From assembly GCA_002433055.1 (NCBI GenBank), contig DJHJ01000039.1, positions 22,080-86,079 of the forward strand: a stretch of 64,000 nt of DNA. Direction: 5' to 3'. Under the pieces are notes generated by a model. That model saw nothing but the letters and a program-made list of their open reading frames with translations. It did not search any database and had not been told where the DNA came from. A program made the position numbers and the translations under genes. Position 1 is the stretch's first letter, and each line of letters opens with the position of its first letter. Origin of the DNA: Acidobacteriia bacterium UBA6623. GTDB lineage: Bacteria > Acidobacteriota > Terriglobia > Bryobacterales > UBA6623. Shown piece after piece: positions 49,216 to 58,402 of this stretch.

Positions 49216-49970
49216 CAAGCGACAATGTTAGACCCGCTCGCCGGATCCTCGAGTGGCGTTTCCTGCAAATTGCCTCGGTAAAGAATACGTCCGCAGGATT
49301 CACAGGTAAGAATCTCTTCACCTAGCCGTAATTTCTGAGTCAGATGCGGACGCAATACCACATTACAAGCCATGCATCGTTCATCGGATACCGATGCCAC
49401 CGCCACACCCTGTCGTGTCTTCGAAACTCTGGTGTACAACGCCAATACCTGGGGTGATATACCCGTTATCAGCTGCTCACGATCGTTTCTGACAGCTGCC
49501 AACTCGTGCTCATCTTTCGAGACTCGAGCGGTGGTCCTCTCAACCTCTTTAGCGACAACTTGCTTCTCCGCCTGTAAGGCCTTTTTCGCTATCTCAACAT
49601 TCGTTTCTAGCTTCTCTGCCTCAACCATTTTGTCAAGAATACTGTCCTCAGTTTTTCGAATCTCATTCTTGGAAAACTCAATCTCCTTCTGAAACGCTCG
49701 GAACTGCGTATTGGTCTTCGCTTCACCCATCTGCACACGCAACTGCGACATCTTTTGCTCGTAGGTACTGATCTTGCCGTCCATCAGACGGCGATCTTTA
49801 CGATTTTCTTCGAGGATGGCCTGATCTTTAGATAGTGCAATCTCGTGAGACTCGAGCTTGTTCTCGATCTCAGCTATGTACCTGGGCAATCGAGCTATTT
49901 CTTCCGTTAACTCGCGGATGCGACAGTCTACAAGCTGTAATTCACGGACAATCGGGATATCTGGGTTCAT
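49215..49970 (-). CDS. coiled-coil protein with C-terminal C4 zinc ribbon (COG1579/DUF164-like)
   Basis: 251 aa with a long heptad-rich region, then CMACNVVL...CESCGRILY. Its stop overlaps the start of the DUF1553 gene (TGATG). Confidence 0.7.
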   Translation of the reverse strand: MNPDIPIVRELQLVDCRIRELTEEIARLPRYIAEIENKLESHEIALSKDQAILEENRKDRRLMDGKISTYEQKMSQLRVQMGEAKTNTQFRAFQKEIEFSKNEIRKTEDSILDKMVEAEKLETNVEIAKKALQAEKQVVAKEVERTTARVSKDEHELAAVRNDREQLITGISPQVLALYTRVSKTRQGVAVASVSDERCMACNVVLRPHLTQKLRLGEEILTCESCGRILYRGNLQETPLEDPASGSNIVA

Positions 49971-50009
49971 TCAGTTCCTATAACACGGCCGACAATGCGA
50001 CATCTGCAA

Positions 50010-51740
50010 CTAGTAATCATCGGGGTAGATTTTATCATAGTGGTTATTTTGCTCTTCCGCCCAGTCCTTACGGTCTCGTAACCGTCCAACCACTGCCTCT
50101 TGAGCAGCATCTAATTCTTGCACTCTAAGAAAACGACATGTCCCATACAGCACCGTTAGCCCTAACGGAACCGAAAGAGCCAAATCAACCAATCGCGCCA
50201 TTGAAGATCCTCCGATGGCGTATTGCACTGCGGTCGAAGACAGCCAACAATTAGCACCCATAAGACCTGAAGCAGTGACAATCTTTAATACGCTCCAGGT
50301 TAGTCGCCTTCCGTGAATTCCCCCCAGTTTCACTTTCATCATCCAGAACAATATCAAGAAATTGAAGATTGCGACTAAAGACGTAGAAAATGCCAGACCT
50401 CCATGTCCCCACCCTAATACACGAACAAATGCCCAGTTCAGACTGTAATTAAGAAAGATAGCAGTAATTCCAGCTATCATCGGAATTCGAACGTCACCCA
50501 GAGCGTAATAAGCAGGAGTGAGGACTTTAATAGCCGCATAACCGGCCAAGCCAAGGCAATAGAACGAAAGAGCCTCCGCAGTCTGCTCCGTATCGATTGC
50601 ACTGAACTCACCACGTTGAAACACTACACCAACCAACGATTCACTCAAAATTGTCAATCCTACAGCTGAGGGAATCGTCAGTAGGAATACCAGCCCAAGA
50701 GATCGCGACAGCGTATCGCGAAACTCATTAATCCTTCCATGGCCGGCACTCTGCGAGATCGCAGGTAAAGTCGCCGACGCAATTGCAACCCCGAACAACC
50801 CTAGTGGTAATTGCATAAATCGAAAGGCATAGCCAAGCCAGGACACTGGGCCATCCATCACATTGCCAACTGAATCAGTAATCTGTGAAGCAAAAATACT
50901 GTTCACGACAACATTGATCTGCACAGCCGCTGCACCTATGACGGCTGGACCCATTAATAGCAGCATATGTCTCAAACCTGGATCAGAAAGCTCAAAATCA
51001 GGCCGAAAGCGTAAGCCTATTTTGCGCAAGCTAGGCCACTGACAACCATACTGCACTACTCCACCTAAAAGTGTTCCTATCGCCATGCCAACGATTGGTT
51101 TTATGCCTAGTAGTGGCCCGGCAGCAAATCCTAGAGTCAACCCTGCTGCTAATGACGTTATATTGAAGAACGCTGAGGCTAGTGCCGGAACTCCGAAAAC
51201 ACCTTTCGCGTTAAGAACACCCATCGCCTTTGCCGCCAGAGCTATGAAAACCAAAAACGGAATCATGATTCGGGCAAGCTTGATCGTTAAGTCCCTCTTG
51301 CCAGGAACCTCGGAGAAACCAGGAAACATTAGATCGACAAGCTGAGGGGCAAACACGATTCCTAAACAACAGACAAAAGCTAAGAGTGGCACAAGGACTG
51401 TCGCTAGCCGATTTGAAAGACGGTAGGCGTCCTCTTCACTTTTTGTTGCCAAATAACGTGAGAATGTTGTCACAAAGGCTGATGACAGGGCTCCCTCTGC
51501 TAACAAATCACGGGCTAAGTTTGGAATCCGGAATGCCGCTAGAAACGCATCGAACACCATCCCCGCTCCGAAGTACTTAGCGAAAACTACCTCACGAATC
51601 AATCCGGTCACACGACTAAACAATACTGATGCGCTTACGACACCGGCTGATCGCACTATGTGCGCATGTCGCGAGACCTGAGGGGTCTCGGACGGTTTGG
51701 CTTCGTGTGGCCCAGGAGACAATGGCTCGTTGGTAGCCAT
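50010..51740 (-). CDS. murJ: lipid II flippase MurJ/MviN
   Basis: 576 aa, about 14 TM helices. SRVTGLIREVVFAKYFGAG...DAFLAAFRIPNLARDLLAEGALSSAFV is the MurJ N-terminal signature. Confidence 0.9.
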   Translation of the reverse strand: MATNEPLSPGPHEAKPSETPQVSRHAHIVRSAGVVSASVLFSRVTGLIREVVFAKYFGAGMVFDAFLAAFRIPNLARDLLAEGALSSAFVTTFSRYLATKSEEDAYRLSNRLATVLVPLLAFVCCLGIVFAPQLVDLMFPGFSEVPGKRDLTIKLARIMIPFLVFIALAAKAMGVLNAKGVFGVPALASAFFNITSLAAGLTLGFAAGPLLGIKPIVGMAIGTLLGGVVQYGCQWPSLRKIGLRFRPDFELSDPGLRHMLLLMGPAVIGAAAVQINVVVNSIFASQITDSVGNVMDGPVSWLGYAFRFMQLPLGLFGVAIASATLPAISQSAGHGRINEFRDTLSRSLGLVFLLTIPSAVGLTILSESLVGVVFQRGEFSAIDTEQTAEALSFYCLGLAGYAAIKVLTPAYYALGDVRIPMIAGITAIFLNYSLNWAFVRVLGWGHGGLAFSTSLVAIFNFLILFWMMKVKLGGIHGRRLTWSVLKIVTASGLMGANCWLSSTAVQYAIGGSSMARLVDLALSVPLGLTVLYGTCRFLRVQELDAAQEAVVGRLRDRKDWAEEQNNHYDKIYPDDY

Positions 51741-51868
51741 TGATGGTTAGCTTATCATGGGATTTAAACTTTCACGGTAATATGATCTGAATTGCAGACA
51801 AATGTGAAATGAAAAACGATCCAAGAATTGCGTTGGTTTTCTTGTCGAGCGTTGGAGATAATGCTAGA

Positions 51869-52222
51869 TCAGCGATGCCAGTAATTGTACAACCAACCAA
51901 AGAACAATCCAAAGAGAACTACTCCAGCCGGAAAGGATACGAGAGCCCACAAGAACCGCCACTTAAGCTTCATCGCTCCTGAATGAAAAATTAAAAAAGA
52001 TTGCATCATTAAAATGAGCACGAAGGTACTATATCCACCGAAACCACTCTCCAAGCACCACGGACAGTGAGGACCTTGAGAGAGGTGGATATTACACCAC
52101 TTCGCCGCTCCACTCCACCACGACCGGCACCCACAATCGTAAATCCAATTACATGCATTGATGAACCAAGTCGCGGTAATTCCGATGGTGCTCGCAAAAA
52201 CGATAATTCGCATTATCAACAT
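51869..52222 (-). CDS. small Cys-rich membrane protein (hypothetical)
   Basis: 117 aa, 3 predicted TM helices. The first loop has six Cys (CNWIYDCGC ... C ... HCPWC). 19 nt downstream of cca on the same strand. Confidence 0.5.
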   Translation of the reverse strand: MLIMRIIVFASTIGITATWFINACNWIYDCGCRSWWSGAAKWCNIHLSQGPHCPWCLESGFGGYSTFVLILMMQSFLIFHSGAMKLKWRFLWALVSFPAGVVLFGLFFGWLYNYWHR

Positions 52223-52241
52223 TAAACTCTAGTACCTTAAT

Positions 52242-53576
52242 CTACGACCCCTTGCCGTATTCAATCAGGGGAAAATTCTCTCGCAACTTTGCCAATAATC
52301 CGTCTTTTGTCAATACTTCACATTCTGATTGCTCCATCTCAACCCATGCGAGCATCTCCCTGAATGATGGGCCAGGGCAATACCCCGCAGCAATCAGATC
52401 ATCACCGTTAACAAGTCGTATCGGTCGCAACTTCGGTCCTGGAATTTCTGATAACTTTCCACGTATAAAATTGTAGTTCTGAAGTTTACCGTGACTCGCC
52501 ATACAATCCAATCTATGCAACTCCAGATGCTCATCGAAATGCTCCATTTGTAAAAATTTTAAAAGTCGACTTTTACGCATCGCAGTCACATCGGAAAAAC
52601 GCATATGGTTAGCCACGAGCAAAAGGATGCGCCTAGTCTGTTTATTTGAGAAATGCAGTCTCATCAGGACAGACTCAGCAATCTTTACACCCACCTCAAC
52701 GTGATTATTGAAACGAATCCGGTTGCCAAATGAAATTGTGTCGGGTTTGCCAACATCGTGCAATAGAGCACCCCACGCGAGTGTAACCGTCGGCGTGCGT
52801 AGATTCTCTAACAACAAAAGTGTATGTTGCCAGACATCTCTCTTCGGGTGATACTCTGCAGGCTGAGACACTCCTCTCATTTTGCTTACCTCAGGCAGAA
52901 TTGCACTTAGTAACCTGACCTCATCCAACAACTCAAAAGCTGCTCGTGGTTTACGTTCAGTCAACATGGCACTCAATTCATCTCGAACCCGCTGGGCTGA
53001 AATTTCCGTAATCCTTGTTGCGCACCGCTCAATCGCTCGTCGAGTCTCGGTCTCGATGTAAAAATCTAGACGTGCTGCCAAACGCACCGCTCTAAGCATG
53101 CGTAATTTGTCATCGATAAATCGCTTTTGGGGGTCTCCAATCGACCGAATCACCCCACTCTGTAGGTCAGCACGGCCACCAACATAATCGAAATAACGAT
53201 GTTCAATTGGATCAAAGAAAATTGCATTGATCGTGAAATCTCTACGAGTAGCATCTTGTTGCGGAATATTGGTGAAGTCTACACCTGAAGGTCGGCGTCC
53301 ATCATGATACTCCCGATCTCTGCGAAATGTAGCTACTTCAACCCTCGCCTCACCCTCATGCACCAAAGTTACACCAAACTCCTCACCTATCATTTGTGAC
53401 CCTGGAAAATAGTTCTGAATTTGATCTGAACGAGCTTCTGTCGCAATATCGTAGTCTTTTGGCTCATGACCCAAAAGGAGATCACGAACGCAGCCACCTA
53501 CCAAGTAGGCCTTATGCCTATGGCTCTTTAAAACACGGATGACAGATAGAGCCAGTGCACGATGTGTCATGGTCAA
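52242..53576 (-). CDS. cca: CCA-adding tRNA nucleotidyltransferase (poly(A) polymerase head + HD domain)
   Basis: AYLVGGCVRDLLLGHEPKDYDIAT ... RRDFTINA are head-domain motifs, followed by the HD motif LLHDVGKP. Confidence 0.85.
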   Translation of the reverse strand: MTMTHRALALSVIRVLKSHRHKAYLVGGCVRDLLLGHEPKDYDIATEARSDQIQNYFPGSQMIGEEFGVTLVHEGEARVEVATFRRDREYHDGRRPSGVDFTNIPQQDATRRDFTINAIFFDPIEHRYFDYVGGRADLQSGVIRSIGDPQKRFIDDKLRMLRAVRLAARLDFYIETETRRAIERCATRITEISAQRVRDELSAMLTERKPRAAFELLDEVRLLSAILPEVSKMRGVSQPAEYHPKRDVWQHTLLLLENLRTPTVTLAWGALLHDVGKPDTISFGNRIRFNNHVEVGVKIAESVLMRLHFSNKQTRRILLLVANHMRFSDVTAMRKSRLLKFLQMEHFDEHLELHRLDCMASHGKLQNYNFIRGKLSEIPGPKLRPIRLVNGDDLIAAGYCPGPSFREMLAWVEMEQSECEVLTKDGLLAKLRENFPLIEYGKGS

Positions 53577-54415
53577 GCTTCGCTCGCATCAGATCGCGAT
53601 TCTTCCACTAATCGATACATCTCACTCTTTGACATACCAAACTCGCGAGCAACTTGTTTAATCGCATCCATACGGTCAACTCCACTGGCAAGTAACGTGG
53701 CAACACGGTTAGTGGCATCGTTAGAATCAGGAGGCGTCTTCTTGCCTCCACCGATCAATAGAGTGATTTCTCCTTTGATAACTGTTCGCTGCTCAAGAAT
53801 AGAAATGATAGATGTCGCTGTACCACGAAGAAACTCCTCGTGTAACTTGGTTAACTCTCTGGCAACTACCACTGGCCGTGCCCCTAAGAGTTCTGCAATA
53901 TCTGCAAGAGTGTCACAGATACGACGAGGTGTCTCGTAATAAATAGTTGTCGATCTCTCATATTTGAGGATTTCAATTGCCTTGCGACGCAATGATTTCT
54001 TCGATGGAAGGAATCCTTCGAAACGGAACCGATCTGTTGGCAAACCAGAAGCTGCAAGTGCCGTTTCCACTGCCGTCGGACCGGGGATTGGAATGATCGG
54101 AACTCCCTGATCTATCGCTGCACGAACTACGCGATAACCCGGATCCGAGATGCCCGGCATTCCGGCATCGCAAATAACAGCAATTTTCTCTCCCCTGCGT
54201 GCCATCCTTGTCAAGTCTTGAGCACGCTTGTTTTCATTATGTTCGTGGTAGCTCAACAGTGGCTTGTCAATCTTGAAGTGTCGCAACAACTTGCCACTGT
54301 GACGAGTGTCTTCACATGCAATTCTATCTACTTGTTTCAGAATCGTAACCGCACGCGGGCTGAGATCATCCAAATTCCCAATCGGCGTAGCCACAAGATA
54401 AATGGTTCCTGTCAT
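53573..54415 (-). CDS. rsmI: 16S rRNA (cytidine1402-2'-O)-methyltransferase
   Basis: GTIYLVATPIGNLDDLSPRA ... IACEDTRHSGKLL ... SDAGMPGISDPG are RsmI motifs. 4-nt overlap with cca. Confidence 0.9.
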   Translation of the reverse strand: MTGTIYLVATPIGNLDDLSPRAVTILKQVDRIACEDTRHSGKLLRHFKIDKPLLSYHEHNENKRAQDLTRMARRGEKIAVICDAGMPGISDPGYRVVRAAIDQGVPIIPIPGPTAVETALAASGLPTDRFRFEGFLPSKKSLRRKAIEILKYERSTTIYYETPRRICDTLADIAELLGARPVVVARELTKLHEEFLRGTATSIISILEQRTVIKGEITLLIGGGKKTPPDSNDATNRVATLLASGVDRMDAIKQVAREFGMSKSEMYRLVEESRSDASEA

Positions 54416-54731
54416 AGCAACAGCAAAGAATGTTGAGAGGCATCACCTCATAAGTGATTGTACGTGGTCAATGCAGCACACCGAAACAAATGATACAGAC
54501 TCCGCATTTTCGGACCTGATCTAGAACCATAATCTTATGCCTCAGCGGGCCTATCCTGTTTCGTGACCAATCTAAGCGTGGCTTAAACAGAGGTAGTAGT
54601 TGCAATGTCTTGCCAGTATGAATGCAAGAATGTTGAGAGTTTCATTCATCGGGTGATTCAGTGTGCCAAACTTGAATCCCATGCCATGCTAGCCGCAACT
54701 TGAAAACATCTGCACACTCGGAATCAGAGGG

Positions 54732-55313
54732 CTAGCCAATCGCCATGATCTCTTGTTCCTTAACCGAGCCAGCCTTGTCCAAATCAGCGACAATTTCGCT
54801 CGTCTTTTTCTGTACCGATTCCTGGCCACGTCGACTGTCATCCTCCGAAATTTTCTTGTCTTTTTCGAGCTGTTTGAGAGCATCGTTAGCATCACGGCGA
54901 ACCGTGCGTGCTGCGACTCGATGTTGCTCAACAACTTGGTGTAGAAGCTTCACTAAGTCTTTGCGTCTCTCTTCAGTCAATGCGGGAATGATGATCCGAA
55001 TAACCTTGCCATCATTGGAGGGGTTCAAGCCCAGGCCAGATGAAAGTATCGCCTTTTCAATTTCATCGATCTGCGAAACATCCCATGGCTGTACTAGGAT
55101 GAGTGACGACTCAGGTGCTGACATGTTTGCAAGTTGATTGAGAGGTGTAGGTGTCCCGTAGTAATTTACGCGCACCCCATCCAAAATTGTTGGTGATGCT
55201 TTGCCAGTACGGATGGTAGCCATCTCACGATGCAAATCCTCCAACGTTTTTTTCATGCGGACTACTACTTGAGATTCTATGTCCGCGACCGTTTCACCTT
55301 GGATATGGGACAT
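54732..55313 (-). CDS. frr: ribosome recycling factor
   Basis: MKKTLEDLHREMATIRTGKASPTILDGVRVNYYG ... PALTEERRKDL are RRF motifs. Confidence 0.95.
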   Translation of the reverse strand: MSHIQGETVADIESQVVVRMKKTLEDLHREMATIRTGKASPTILDGVRVNYYGTPTPLNQLANMSAPESSLILVQPWDVSQIDEIEKAILSSGLGLNPSNDGKVIRIIIPALTEERRKDLVKLLHQVVEQHRVAARTVRRDANDALKQLEKDKKISEDDSRRGQESVQKKTSEIVADLDKAGSVKEQEIMAIG

Positions 55314-55384
55314 GGTCGTTCTCCTGTCGAGTTGATCAAAACCAGAAAAGTTAAAAGGTAACCACCTTCAAAGTGGAACTGTTT

Positions 55385-56098
55385 CTACTCGGCCGCGTGA
55401 ATCAGAGTGCCAATATTTTCTCCCGCAGCAACTTTCTTGATGTTGCCTCTAACATTAAGATCAAATACAACCAGCGGAAGATCATTCTCCCGACACATCG
55501 CGACTGCCGACTGGTCCATCACCGCCAATCCAGCCGTGAGAACTTCAGCATAAGAAATCTTCTCATATCTTTGTGCATCTGGAAAACAAACTGGGTCTTT
55601 ATTGTAAACCCCATCAACTTTTGTAGCCTTAGCAACAAGTTCAGCCTCAATTTCAATAGCACGTAAAGCTGCTGCTGTATCAGTAGAAAAGTATGGACTA
55701 CCAGTGCCCGCAGCAAAAATCACCACATGGCCAGATTCAAGCAGTTTTATCGCAGTGGTCGGAGAGCACAACTCAGTGATAGGAGGAACATTGATAGCGC
55801 TCAGTATATTTGCTGACACGCCACAGGCAGAAATATGGTCACGAAGGACAACTGCATTGATGATAGTTGCTAGCATTCCCATGTAATCAACGGAAACACG
55901 AGTTAATCCATCATCTGAAGCCGAAACTCCCCGGAAGAAGTTCCCTCCACCTACCACTAGCGCTACTTGAACGTCACTTTTTGCTAGCTCAGCAATTTCG
56001 GACGTGATTTCAGACACCCGCCCACTGTCAACACCGAACCCCGCTTGGCCTGCAAGAGCCTCACCACTGAGCTTAAAGAGAATGCGACTGTGTCCCAT
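55385..56098 (-). CDS. pyrH: UMP kinase
   Basis: Start taken at MGHSRILFKLSGEAL (56098). VVGGGNFFRG and the aspartokinase-fold pattern are present. Confidence 0.95.
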   Translation of the reverse strand: MGHSRILFKLSGEALAGQAGFGVDSGRVSEITSEIAELAKSDVQVALVVGGGNFFRGVSASDDGLTRVSVDYMGMLATIINAVVLRDHISACGVSANILSAINVPPITELCSPTTAIKLLESGHVVIFAAGTGSPYFSTDTAAALRAIEIEAELVAKATKVDGVYNKDPVCFPDAQRYEKISYAEVLTAGLAVMDQSAVAMCRENDLPLVVFDLNVRGNIKKVAAGENIGTLIHAAE

Positions 56099-56136
56099 AA
56101 ATGCCGGGTTACACTCCGGTCCACACAAATATTAAT

Positions 56137-56742
56137 TCAAGAACCGGCTTCGCCCACCTTGAACCGGGCTATACGGCTTACAGTAATGTTTTCACCCATC
56201 TTGGCTATTTGTGCCGTGATCATCTCACCTACTGTTGTTGAGTTGTCCTTAACGAAAGGCTGCTCAAGTAGACACACTTCCTCATAAAATTTTCCCATTC
56301 GCCCATCAACAATCTTGTCTACTATCTTTTCAGGCTTCCCTTCGGCTAGAGCGCGTTCGCGCTGAACCATCTTTTCCCTCTGTACAGCCTCTTCCGTCAC
56401 CTCATCCTTACTAATAAAACGTGGGTCTGCAGCAGCAACATGCATAGCTACGTCATGCACTAGACTCTGAAAATCGTCTGTGCGAGCCACAAAGTCAGTT
56501 TCGCAATTAATTTCGACTAGTACACCAAGCTTGCTGCCAGCATGAATATACGATCCAATACTACCTTCGTTTGCAGTACGCGAAGCCTTCTTTTGAGCTA
56601 CGTCGATTCCACGTTTGCGTAGAACCAGTTCCGCTTCATCAATATCACCACCAGACTCAGAAAGAGCCCTCTTGCACTCCATGATTCCAGCGCCACTACG
56701 CTCCCGTAGTTCCTTCACCATTTGTGCGGTAATTTCCGCCAT
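56137..56742 (-). CDS. tsf: translation elongation factor Ts (short ~200-aa form)
   Basis: ITAQMVKELRERSGAGIMECKRAL is the UBA-like N-terminal signature. Position between rpsB and pyrH fits. Confidence 0.95.
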   Translation of the reverse strand: MAEITAQMVKELRERSGAGIMECKRALSESGGDIDEAELVLRKRGIDVAQKKASRTANEGSIGSYIHAGSKLGVLVEINCETDFVARTDDFQSLVHDVAMHVAAADPRFISKDEVTEEAVQREKMVQRERALAEGKPEKIVDKIVDGRMGKFYEEVCLLEQPFVKDNSTTVGEMITAQIAKMGENITVSRIARFKVGEAGS

Positions 56743-56827
56743 TGTCTACCTACCTAACTTTAATAATCAATAGGGTTGTGGGCTTCACGTAAACCACTAA
56801 TCCCCATCAAAGATCTTCCTGTCAAAC

Positions 56828-57835
56828 CTACAAATCGTTCCCCGGCTCAAGTCCAGTAGTTCCAGACTGGACCTTGATTGACTCACCCTCCGTTGTCGAC
56901 ACATCGGCACTCTCCTCAGAAACAGTGTCGGGGTGTAGTTTTTGTGGCACCTCGTCAGCAGCAGTCGCAGTTTCTGTGATGGTATCAACATCCGGAACAA
57001 CTTCAGAATCGCTTTCGCCATTGTTTTGCACTTCAACGTCAGCAAGCTCTTCCGTTGCATCAGCAGCTTCTTCCGTTGCATCAGTAGCTTCTTCCGTTGC
57101 ATCAGCACCTACAGCAACGTCATCTGCACCCTCTGCAGTCGCTTGGTCAACAGCCATATTGGTACCAGCAAGAACAGCATCGGCAATCTTGGCGGAGAAC
57201 AGACGAATAGCTCGAAGAGCATCATCGTTGCCAGGAATAACATAGTCAACTGGGGTCGGGTCGCTATTGGTATCCACCACTGCAACAATTGAAATGTCCA
57301 ACTTCTTCGCTTCCCGAATAGCAATATCTTCCTTGCCAGAATCGATCACAAACAAGATGTCTGGGATGCCAGGCATTTCCTTTATGCCGCGCAGGTTCTG
57401 GTGGAGGTGTTTGCGTTCTCGTTCCAGTCTCGAAACCTCTTTCTTCGAGCGACCTTCATAGCCCTCTTGATCTGCAAGTACTTCCAAGTCCTTAAGTCGT
57501 TGGATTGATTTTTGTACCGTCGACCAATTTGTTAGTAGTCCTCCCAACCAACGACTATTGATGTAGTACTGGCCACAACGAACCGCCTCTGTAGCCACAG
57601 CCTCTTGCGCTTGACGCTTAGTACCAACAAAAAGAACCGTTTTGCCTTCGGACGCCGAATCAGTCACAAACTGTGCCGCTTCTTTAAACGCCTTGAATGT
57701 CTTTTGTAGGTCAATGATGTGAATGCCATTGCGTTCGCCGAAAATATATTCTTTCATTTTCGGATTCCAGCGCCTGATCTGGTGCCCGAAATGAACGCCT
57801 GATTCGAGCAATTCTTTCATTGTGATCTCAGCCAA
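56828..57835 (-). CDS. rpsB: 30S ribosomal protein S2 with ~110-aa acidic C-terminal extension
   Basis: TTG at 57835 is preceded by AAGGAGG at a 4-nt spacing and gives [27 protein letters not shown], the canonical S2 N-terminus. The track ORF start at 57883 is rejected. The tail is D/E/T/A-rich. Confidence 0.93.
   Translation of the reverse strand: MAEITMKELLESGVHFGHQIRRWNPKMKEYIFGERNGIHIIDLQKTFKAFKEAAQFVTDSASEGKTVLFVGTKRQAQEAVATEAVRCGQYYINSRWLGGLLTNWSTVQKSIQRLKDLEVLADQEGYEGRSKKEVSRLERERKHLHQNLRGIKEMPGIPDILFVIDSGKEDIAIREAKKLDISIVAVVDTNSDPTPVDYVIPGNDDALRAIRLFSAKIADAVLAGTNMAVDQATAEGADDVAVGADATEEATDATEEAADATEELADVEVQNNGESDSEVVPDVDTITETATAADEVPQKLHPDTVSEESADVSTTEGESIKVQSGTTGLEPGNDL
57045..57107. 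repeat. three tandem copies of a 21-bp unit inside the rpsB tail
   Basis: agctcttccgttgcatcagca / gcttcttccgttgcatcagta / gcttcttccgttgcatcagca, encoding the heptad repeat DATEE(A/L)(T/A) on the minus strand. Confidence 0.85.
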
Positions 57836-57888
57836 GTATCCTCCTTTGTCGCGAATCCGGCCAAGCGAAAGTTGGATCCGCAAGCTTT

Positions 57889-57922
57889 AAAAAAACCTGC
57901 CGCACGAGTCATCGAAGGCAGA
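57889..57922 (-). terminator. probable intrinsic terminator after rpsI
   Basis: Minus-strand RNA UCUGCC-(15-nt loop)-GGCAGG is followed by seven U, starting about 15 nt after the rpsI stop. The stem is short and the loop large. Confidence 0.45.
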
Positions 57923-57937
57923 CAGACTAAACCTTCC

Positions 57938-58351
57938 TTAGCGTTTGGAGTACTGAAAACGTTTCCGTGCCCCAGGTCTCCCGTACTTTTTACGCTCATG
58001 TTTGCGTGGGTCCCTCCTCAGGAAGCCCTCTTTCTTCAATATTTGCCTTAGTTCAAGATCAAAGTCCTGCAAAGCTCGTGCAAGTCCCATGCGAATTGCA
58101 TCGGCTTGACCGTTTAGTCCACCACCATTGGTCAAAACCACCAGATCAAATTTCTCAGTGGCATCCGTCACCTGTAGTGGCTGTGTAATGCGTAGACGAT
58201 GCGCTGACGTTGGAAAATAATCTTCTGGAGTGCGACCATTAATAGTGATTTTCCCTTCGCCCGGGCGGAGAAACACCCTTGCTACGGCACACTTTCGCCG
58301 TCCTGTTCCCACATACTGAACTTGCCCACTCGGACTTTTATGTTCGGCCAT
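57938..58351 (-). CDS. rpsI: 30S ribosomal protein S9
   Basis: [14 protein letters not shown] ... [19 protein letters not shown] ... [18 protein letters not shown] is canonical S9. Confidence 0.95.
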   Translation of the reverse strand: MAEHKSPSGQVQYVGTGRRKCAVARVFLRPGEGKITINGRTPEDYFPTSAHRLRITQPLQVTDATEKFDLVVLTNGGGLNGQADAIRMGLARALQDFDLELRQILKKEGFLRRDPRKHERKKYGRPGARKRFQYSKR

Positions 58352-58402
58352 TGTCGTTATCTTTCCTTGTCATTAACTCTAAACCGGCTGCAGCTTGAAA
58401 GG

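Noticed and set aside
56137-56742. Short (201-aa) EF-Ts as an anomaly
   Set aside because: EF-Ts forms of about 200 aa are known in several bacterial lineages (for example Thermus). This is not evidence of truncation or novelty.
56797-57292. Cluster of overlapping 100-120-aa ORFs on both strands over the rpsB tail
   Set aside because: They are artefacts of the low-complexity, tandem-repeat DNA encoding the acidic S2 tail. Their repetitive peptides (for example MQRKKLL repeated) mirror the 21-bp repeat.
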